Source: an uncultured Nitrososphaerota archaeon (GTDB lineage: Archaea; Thermoproteota; Nitrososphaeria; Nitrososphaerales; Gagatemarchaeaceae). Taken from it: DNA of 64,000 nucleotides. The translations under genes and the position numbers were made by a program. Where the stretch lies: NCBI GenBank assembly GCA_963718895.1, contig CAVRAG010000007.1, positions 416,001 through 480,000 of the forward strand. The letters run 5' to 3'. A model generated the notes under the pieces. That model ran no database searches and was not told where the DNA came from. It worked only from the letters and a program-made list of their open reading frames with translations. Every line of letters begins with the position of its first letter. The stretch's first letter is position 1. Positions 57,604 to 64,000 of the stretch are shown here, one piece after another.

Positions 57604-57909
57604 CTACCCGTCAGTTGTGCTGACGACAACGATTCCGGAGCTAGCCGCAACGTAAAGGTCATGGTTTGAAGGGTCGTACACGAGCGATGAAGCACCCGGT
57701 ACGTTGATGCTAAGCAGCTCTGCGTTGGTCGCCCCATTGACGGCAACGACAGTTCCGCAGGCTGACATGAACGAGATTCCCCTCACTGAATCGTAGGCGA
57801 AGCCGTCGAACTCGCTTCCCGTTCCGCCCGAGCAGGGGACGGTAAAGTTCCCGACCATCGTCGTACCGTTGATCTCGGTGTTGTACCCGTAGGTGATCCA
57901 CCACGTCAT
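57604..57909 (-). pseudogene. YVTN-type beta-propeller fragment
   Basis: FAYDS, VAVNGATN, LVYDPSNHDLYVA repeats. Confidence 0.55.
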
Positions 57910-57933
57910 GGAAACCGGCGTTCAAAGAAGCCA

Positions 57934-58221
57934 CTACACGCCTGGTGCGCAGATCCACTCGTTTGCGGCTACGCTGCAGTCATGCGTCGATATCCAATAC
58001 TGCGCAGGGGTATTAGTCATCCATACTAGCACGGCTCCCCTGCTGACCAAGAAGTAGGTCACAGACACATGAGCGACGGGGGTAAAAACGAGGCCTCCTG
58101 GGCAATCCGGACAATAATAGTAGTGAATCTTCTCCGGAACGACGGGGGCGAGAAACAGCAGCGCGCCCAATCCGACGATGAGTAGCGCCATCGCCCCAGC
58201 CTTCTTCAGCGAAATCATCAT
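57934..58221 (-). CDS. Small membrane protein with FLxPVV-CxxC-SVTY module
   Basis: LLFLAPVV...CPDC...SVTY, similar to the N-terminus of the 52339 gene. Confidence 0.55.
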   Translation of the reverse strand: MMISLKKAGAMALLIVGLGALLFLAPVVPEKIHYYYCPDCPGGLVFTPVAHVSVTYFLVSRGAVLVWMTNTPAQYWISTHDCSVAANEWICAPGV

Positions 58222-58255
58222 CGCGCAAGGAGAAGGGCGAGGAGTTTAGTCTTTC

Positions 58256-58284
58256 ACATATCATTCTGGGAAATGTTGATATGT
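58256..58284. promoter_or_regulatory. Inverted repeat between divergent genes
   Basis: ACATATCA-N13-TGATATGT. Confidence 0.4.
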
Positions 58285-58310
58285 TGAGGAAGCGGGTTTC
58301 GCCATGACTT

Positions 58311-58854
58311 GTGAAACCCCGCACCATCTTCCTCTGCCTGCTGCTTGCCTTTGCCTCTCTCGAGACAGCAGTCGCCGTCATAGGCGCCTTCGCACCCGGC
58401 ACGGCCGCCCTTGGCAGCACGATGGGACTGAACGGATTACATGCGCCGACCAACCCCGCGTTTCGCTACTCTGTTCCTCTCGCGGCGGGGGGATGGATCG
58501 CGGTCGGCGCCATCCTTTTTCAGGGCCGGATAGCCAGCGGCTTCAGGCGCTCGCGGGTCAAGAGTCTCTTCGCGAGCAGGGGGTTCGGACCTGATGTCTA
58601 CGATCTCATCGATCACGATGCGCGGCGGAGGCTCCAGGATAACGCTCCTCGAGAACATGGAGACCCCGAAGAACAGGCTCGAGCTCTCCGAGCTGACCGG
58701 AATCGACTGGAGGGAGGTCGACAGGGAGGTCTCTATACTCGAGAAGTACGGGCTGGTGAAGATCTACGCGCAAACAGGGACCGTGAAGATGTACCAGGTG
58801 ACGGAGCAGGGCAAGCTGCTGATGAATCTGGTTGGAGAATTGAACGGCAAGTGA
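58311..58854 (+). CDS. Membrane-anchored winged-helix regulator (frameshift near 58610)
   Basis: Two TM helices then MRGGGSRITLLE...PKNRLELSELTGIDWREVDREVSILEKYGLV...YQVTEQG in the adjacent frame. Confidence 0.72.
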
Positions 58855-59036
58855 CGCGTCTTGGCTCGAGGAAGTTGCCCAGGCCCACCATCGGCATAAT
58901 CGGGGCGACCCTGCTGGTCATAATAGGTTTCGCCGTCTACTTCGCTGGGCGGTACCTTGGATTATCTCATGCCAAACCTAAAATAGTTTTGCGGCGCAAA
59001 TCTCCAGCGAAGCCTATTCAATTGCGTGGCTCTAAG

Positions 59037-59579
59037 ATGACAGGAACAAGCTCGGGTAGGGCAGCCCTGGTTCTCATGTTAATCCTGGTCTTCGCCGTCG
59101 TTTCGTATGTACTTCTGGGCCCCGATTCCTCAGGAGGTGGTCCACCAGTAGGGGAATCTACTAGTGCCCCGACAACCAGCTCCACCACTACCTCCGCAAC
59201 AACCCATACTAAGAGTTCTGCCACGCAAAGTCAGACAACTTCTCCCGGTTCAGCCATTAATGCAGGAGGGACCAGTGGTCCACTGGGTGGATCATTCCCA
59301 AAAGAGGGCTCTTTCGAAGTGACCCTAAACTCTAGTATGTACGCTGAATTAGTCTGGAATGCGACTGGTATCATCGATGTGCATCTCTATAATACGACTG
59401 GAGGACAGGCATTCTCGAATACTGGACAGCAGTCTGGAAATTACACTTTCTGTGTTCCCACGACAGGCAGCTATGACATCAAGTTTCAAGATCCCAATGT
59501 CTTGAACAACGCGCCTGTTATCCAATCGAGCGTGTATGTGTATGAAATCAAAGGCGGCGCATGCTCCCCTTCACCATGA
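59037..59579 (+). CDS. Membrane-anchored secreted protein with Ser/Thr linker
   Basis: ATG at 59037, TM segment, Thr/Ser run, small beta domain. Confidence 0.7.
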   Translation: MTGTSSGRAALVLMLILVFAVVSYVLLGPDSSGGGPPVGESTSAPTTSSTTTSATTHTKSSATQSQTTSPGSAINAGGTSGPLGGSFPKEGSFEVTLNSSMYAELVWNATGIIDVHLYNTTGGQAFSNTGQQSGNYTFCVPTTGSYDIKFQDPNVLNNAPVIQSSVYVYEIKGGACSPSP

Positions 59580-59597
59580 GGCGATTGGTGCATTTCA

Positions 59598-60863
59598 GTG
59601 AAAGCGACAAAGCAAAGGCATGATTCAGTAGACCTAGCATGGAAGCGAGTCTTCCGTGAGGCGGGCTGGTCGCTCGTTATTGTGGTCGTCCTGACATCGG
59701 GCCTGGTGGCTTGGATACTGATACCTTCGGTGGCGACAAGCCTGGAGACCGGGGTTGACGCCTACTCGAACAGCGTGGGGACCTACATTGTGGTCAATAC
59801 TGGTGGTGGTCGGTGCGTACCGGCTTTCGGAGGATGCGCCTCTCTGCTGCCTCAGAATGTCACGGATGCCATCGCCAGAATCCCGGGGGTAGAGAAGACG
59901 TACCCGATAATCCTCAATCTCACCACACTATACGTAAGGAATTCTACTGGTCAGGTCACGATGTACGAAGGCGAGACCAGCGCCCTGCTCGGCGGTCCGA
60001 AGGGCTTTCCACCAAGCCTCTTGGTTCTTGCCGCAGGAAGATATCCGAGTAACGCACCCGAGTTCGACATAAACAGGGCGCCGAACGTTCAGTTGAACGC
60101 CACAGAGGAGGTGGACATCGCATGCCAGTTCTGCCTCCACCCGGCCCAATCCCACGGAAACGTAACGGACCCCTTTGAAGCGACTGCTGTGGGGTCGCTC
60201 GCGCTCAATCCTCTGTTCGCCAATGTCTTCATTCTCTGGAACTCAACACTGATGCTTCACAAACTCGGCCCTACATTGTACAGGCAGACGTGGGATGGGA
60301 ATGGAAGCAACTACATCATAGTGAAGGTCGATAGCGTCGCTGACGTCCCACGCGTTGTCAACGCGACCCAGCAGCTTATCCAGCCACCCCAGTACGGCCT
60401 CTTCACCGTAGTCTATAACCAGGCGTTGTCTCAGAGCCTGCAGTCGTTAACCTCTCAGACCGCGCCGCTGTACGAGCTCATCGGGGCCGTTTCGCTCATC
60501 GCAGTAGCAGGAGTCTCGTTTCTGGTGTCGCTCTTGATTGCCAGAAGAAGGGACTGGGAGGCGGGCGTCTACCTCACGCAGGGCTGGAGTTGGAGAGAAG
60601 TGTACACCCTGTACTCTGCCTACTTCCTCTTCCTCTCGCTGGCCTCTTTCGCCATCGCGGCCGTCTTGTCGACGTTCGCCAGTCGCTACTTCACCGCCAC
60701 ATACAACGTGTATGGCACCTTCACCACCTTCACTGCGGCGGTCGTTCCTCTCTACCTGATCAGCGGCCTCGCATTCGCCATCGTGCTGGCCTTCCTTTCA
60801 TCATACATCATCGTCAGGAGGCAGAAGCGGATGGGACTTGACGATATCGTGAGGGAGTACTAG
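59598..60863 (+). CDS. MacB/FtsX-type ABC transporter permease
   Basis: TM, large extracellular domain (IPGVEKTYP, GRYP, YIIVKVDS), RRRDWE.G...TQGW, three C-terminal TMs. Confidence 0.82.
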   Translation: MKATKQRHDSVDLAWKRVFREAGWSLVIVVVLTSGLVAWILIPSVATSLETGVDAYSNSVGTYIVVNTGGGRCVPAFGGCASLLPQNVTDAIARIPGVEKTYPIILNLTTLYVRNSTGQVTMYEGETSALLGGPKGFPPSLLVLAAGRYPSNAPEFDINRAPNVQLNATEEVDIACQFCLHPAQSHGNVTDPFEATAVGSLALNPLFANVFILWNSTLMLHKLGPTLYRQTWDGNGSNYIIVKVDSVADVPRVVNATQQLIQPPQYGLFTVVYNQALSQSLQSLTSQTAPLYELIGAVSLIAVAGVSFLVSLLIARRRDWEAGVYLTQGWSWREVYTLYSAYFLFLSLASFAIAAVLSTFASRYFTATYNVYGTFTTFTAAVVPLYLISGLAFAIVLAFLSSYIIVRRQKRMGLDDIVREY

Positions 60864-60864
60864 A

Positions 60865-62138
60865 ATGAAGATCACACCGAGGGTGATGACCCAACGACCC
60901 GAAGGGCACTGAAACTCAGCACCAGTCGAGCGCTGCGCGAAGTAGGCTGGTCGGTCGTCATAGTCGGTGTCCTCACCTCCGGCCTCACCGCCTGGATCCT
61001 GATACCATCGATTGGCTCCACGCTCAGCTCTAATCTGACAACTTACGCCAACGGCGTGGGCACCTACATCTCTGTGGAGGGAAGCGGGGGCGCGGTCCCC
61101 CAGAGTACGATACGCAACATCTCGGCCATCCCAGGCGTCCAGGAGGTCTACCCATTCGTCGTCAATGGGACCTACTTCGTGGTCCACAACTTCAACACCA
61201 CCCTTGGTACCGGGCAATGGCATGTAATCCCCCTGGCCAGCTTCGGGGTTTCAAGCGTGCTCGTTGGCGGACCTGGCGGTTTCCCTCCTGCTCTGCTCAC
61301 CCTCTCCTCAGGCAAGGCTCCGGGAAACGAACCAGCTTTCGCCTTCGAACCCTACTTGGAGGATTCACAACCTCCCCAAACCGATGTCCAACTCGGAGTC
61401 GCCCAGGAGGTGGCAATCGGGTGCGGGGCCTGCGCCAATGTCAGCATAGTCGGTTCGCACTTTAACGCCACAGCAGTTGGCGAGGTAGCAGTAAATCCGC
61501 TATTCAGCGACATAGCCCTCTTCTGGAACTCCACGTTCATGATGAACCACCTCGGGCCGCAGCTGTACCAAGAGGAGTGGGGGAGCAACAGGAGCAACTA
61601 CCTGATAGTCAAGGTGGACAGCGTGGCCGACGTCCCGAGGGTGGGGAGCGCCATCGGCCAGCTACTCCCTCCTCCCTTCCAAGCCAACTACGACCAGGTC
61701 TTCGCCCAGGACGCCCAGAGCTTCGTGACCCAGACGGCCCCCCTGTATGAAATCATCGGGCTCATCTCCCTGGTCGCGGTCATTGCGATAACGTTCCTGG
61801 TGTCCCATCTGGTCGCGGGCAAGAGGAGCTGGGAGGCGGGGATGCTGCTGACCCAGGGGTGGAAGTGGAGGGAGCTCTACTCTCTCTTCTCGTACTACTT
61901 CCTGATGCTCTCAATAGTATCGTTTGCCTTGGCCGCCGTCATCTCCGTGGCCGCCAGCCACTTCTTCACCTCCACCTACTACATCTTCGCCCAGCAGGTG
62001 ACTGTCACGGCCGCAGCCGACCCGTTCTACGTGGTCACCGGCCTCCTACTGGCCATACTGATGTCCCCGTTCGCCTCCTGGACGGTCGTCCGAAGACTAA
62101 AGAGGATGGGGCTCGACGGAATCCTGAGGGCGTACTAG
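60865..62138 (+). CDS. Second MacB/FtsX-type permease (paralog; 5' frameshift near 60905 or CTG start at 60909)
   Basis: RALREVGWSVVIVGVLTSGLTAWILIPS lies in frame upstream of the 61056 ORF; colinear with the 59598 gene. Confidence 0.82.
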
Positions 62139-62139
62139 C

Positions 62140-62757
62140 ATGATCAAGCTCGAAGGGGTCTACAAGAACTACGGCGCCATCAGGGTGCTTGAGGGGATTG
62201 ACCTGCAGGTCGAGGAAGGAAAGCCGCTCTGCCTTCTGGGAAGGAGTGGCTGCGGAAAATCAACCCTCCTGAAGCTCGTCGCGCTGATAACGAGGCCGGA
62301 CAAGGGAACCCTGACCATCGACGGCAACGACGTAACCAAGATCAGCGACCCGGAGATGGATGAGTTGAGGAGGGAGAAGGTGTCTTACACCTTCCAGGAG
62401 CCACTCCTGATCCCGTACATCACCGCGCTGGAGAACGTCACAGAGGTCACCGGGGCGCCGAAGGAGAAGGCGGTGGAAGTGCTGACCCAGCTCGGCCTCG
62501 GAGACAGGCTGAGCCACCACCCAGCGAAGCTGAGCGGAGGGGAGAAGAAGAGGGTGGACGTGGCTCGGGCCATACTGAGGAACACTCACATCCTCGTGGC
62601 GGACGAGCCTCTCTCCAATCTGGATCCGGAGACAGGTGAGAAGGTGATGGCGTTGCTGAAGGCGCACGCTGAGAGGGGCGGTATCCTCGTCTACTCGTCC
62701 GTGGAGCCCTCGGAGACGAGGTACGCAGCCCAAGTCATGAATATGGAGCGCAAGTAG
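62140..62757 (+). CDS. ABC transporter ATP-binding protein (LolD/MacB-like)
   Basis: GRSGCGKST, LSGGE, LVADEPLSNLD. Confidence 0.93.
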   Translation: MIKLEGVYKNYGAIRVLEGIDLQVEEGKPLCLLGRSGCGKSTLLKLVALITRPDKGTLTIDGNDVTKISDPEMDELRREKVSYTFQEPLLIPYITALENVTEVTGAPKEKAVEVLTQLGLGDRLSHHPAKLSGGEKKRVDVARAILRNTHILVADEPLSNLDPETGEKVMALLKAHAERGGILVYSSVEPSETRYAAQVMNMERK

Positions 62758-62920
62758 CTTCTCTCGAGCAGAAGCTGCGAGAGAGGATGGCCAGAGACGA
62801 CTAGCGAGAGCAACAATTGAGATAGATAGTGAACTAGAGAAGGGTGCGTCGCTGTGCAGAACGGGCAGTCCGTGCAGCGCTGTGCAGTCGTTAGATCCTT
62901 GTGCAATTCGGGAGAATCTC

Positions 62921-63988
62921 TCAAAGAAGCTGTAAGACGCTCGTCAGTGAATCACTGCACGCCTTCTCCGACTCCGGGTCGCCGTTCACGAGCATAAGAG
63001 GGGTGGTCACTCCCCTGAAGCCCTTCACTCCGTCTTGAGGTATCACGGTAGCCCAGATCCTGCCATTGGCGAGGTTCTCCACGAACAGTATCAGGGGCTT
63101 GCCCTCCTTCGTCGCCAGCCTCAGCTCTGCGACCAGCTTGGCCCGGGGTATCCACCTCTGCTTTGCCGAGCCCTGCTCCGACAGGGTCAGCGCCTTGAAT
63201 GCGGCGATGGACCTCACACTCCCGTCGTCTTCCAAGAAGAGCAGGTCAGGCGCTCCGTGAAGGAGACTAACTTTGCAGTTCTTACCAAGATTTCTCAGCT
63301 TCTCATGGAAGCGCATCAGGGCCTGGTTGCCCTTCTCCCTGTTCGCAAGACCGTCCTCCCTCGTCAGCCTGTGAGGAGGGTCAATAGCGACGGTGGCACT
63401 CGGAAGCAAAGCCGGCTGGGACTTATCGGCTCCAAGTAGCGCTTGGTTCTCCTGTTCCGGATTCCAACTGATTTCGCCGAGTTCTTCTTCGACGATTTCT
63501 GCCCTTTCTACTAGGGATTCCAGGTTGCTGGATACCCGATTGATTATCGCCGCATCGTTCTTGTGCACGTCGGCCCATCTTTGATAGCTCCTCAGCACAT
63601 GATCAATCACCGAGTTTTCGTGTCTCAGCTCAAAAAGAACAGAGTCGACCGTTGGGATATTGTCAACTATGGAATGCTTCAGATCCTGGAACGCCGCGGC
63701 GAGTTTCGAGCTCCTCTCGTCAGCGGAAGTCCTATCGACCTTTGCGGCCTCCTGCAGCTCGCTGATTTGCTTCTGCATGGGAGCGAGCACCTCATCGACC
63801 CTCTTCGCCACCAGCTCTATGATGTTCACCCTCTCCATCTGGACGCGCTGCGAATGGTCGAGCATCCTGTGGTACAGCCCCCAAGAGAAGACGAAGGAGA
63901 AGAGCAGCACCGGAATCCAAACGACTAACAGGATCGGACCCTGAAAGACGCTCGAACTCCGCGCGACCCCGCCGAAGATGACCTCCAT
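62921..63988 (-). CDS. TM + coiled-coil + PD-(D/E)xK-like protein
   Basis: N-terminal TM, heptad-rich middle, REKGN...GAPDLLF...AFKAL; start may lie beyond the window. Confidence 0.6.
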   Translation of the reverse strand: MEVIFGGVARSSSVFQGPILLVVWIPVLLFSFVFSWGLYHRMLDHSQRVQMERVNIIELVAKRVDEVLAPMQKQISELQEAAKVDRTSADERSSKLAAAFQDLKHSIVDNIPTVDSVLFELRHENSVIDHVLRSYQRWADVHKNDAAIINRVSSNLESLVERAEIVEEELGEISWNPEQENQALLGADKSQPALLPSATVAIDPPHRLTREDGLANREKGNQALMRFHEKLRNLGKNCKVSLLHGAPDLLFLEDDGSVRSIAAFKALTLSEQGSAKQRWIPRAKLVAELRLATKEGKPLILFVENLANGRIWATVIPQDGVKGFRGVTTPLMLVNGDPESEKACSDSLTSVLQLL

Positions 63989-64000
63989 GAGGTAAGCGGC

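Larger units (their letters stand above)
47383..64000. mobile_element. Integrated (probably conjugative or mobilisable) element / genomic island, right end outside window
   Basis: att-like tRNA fragment, VirD4-like ATPase, nucleases, IS remnant, mosaic GC, duplicated gene fragments; no integrase seen in window. Confidence 0.75.

Noticed and set aside
58311-59579. Single 422-aa ORF
   Set aside because: Artefact of the frameshift near 58610 joining a regulator N-terminus, intergenic DNA and a separate secreted gene.
47400-64000. CRISPR array, classical integron attC sites or diversity-generating retroelement
   Set aside because: No regularly spaced repeats, no integron integrase or reverse transcriptase in the window, and the differences between repeats are largely synonymous rather than adenine-specific.

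Overview
Window from a high-GC archaeal chromosome (TACK-like gene order; a non-ammonia-oxidising Nitrososphaerota-type lineage is my inference). Positions 1-25 kb hold the conserved translation/transcription/mevalonate superoperon on the minus strand: rps13-rps4-rps11-rpoD-rpl18e-rpl13-rps9-rpoN-eno-rps2-MEMO1-mvk-ipk-fni-GGPS-gltX-rpl7ae-rps28e-rpl24e-ndk-infB-rps6e-aIF2g-PIN-rpoE1-spt4-DUF359. Three insertions interrupt it, and two carry free-standing LAGLIDADG-HTH endonuclease genes. The last 15 codons of rps28e, next to one endonuclease, are synonymously recoded to A/T-ending codons, which suggests intron-less homing. Positions 25-47 kb are metabolic and accessory genes, including a Tat-protein/DUF4331/NiCoT cluster. 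At 47383 a tRNA 3'-end fragment (att-like) starts an integrated element that runs off the window. It contains a VirD4-like ATPase fused to a nuclease/relaxase-like domain, several nucleases, duplicated backbone-gene fragments, and domain-shuffled membrane/secreted cargo genes, three of them behind the same 22-26 bp promoter motif. Many single-base frameshifts in essential genes point to uncorrected sequencing errors. All calls are from visual motif recognition; no database search was run.
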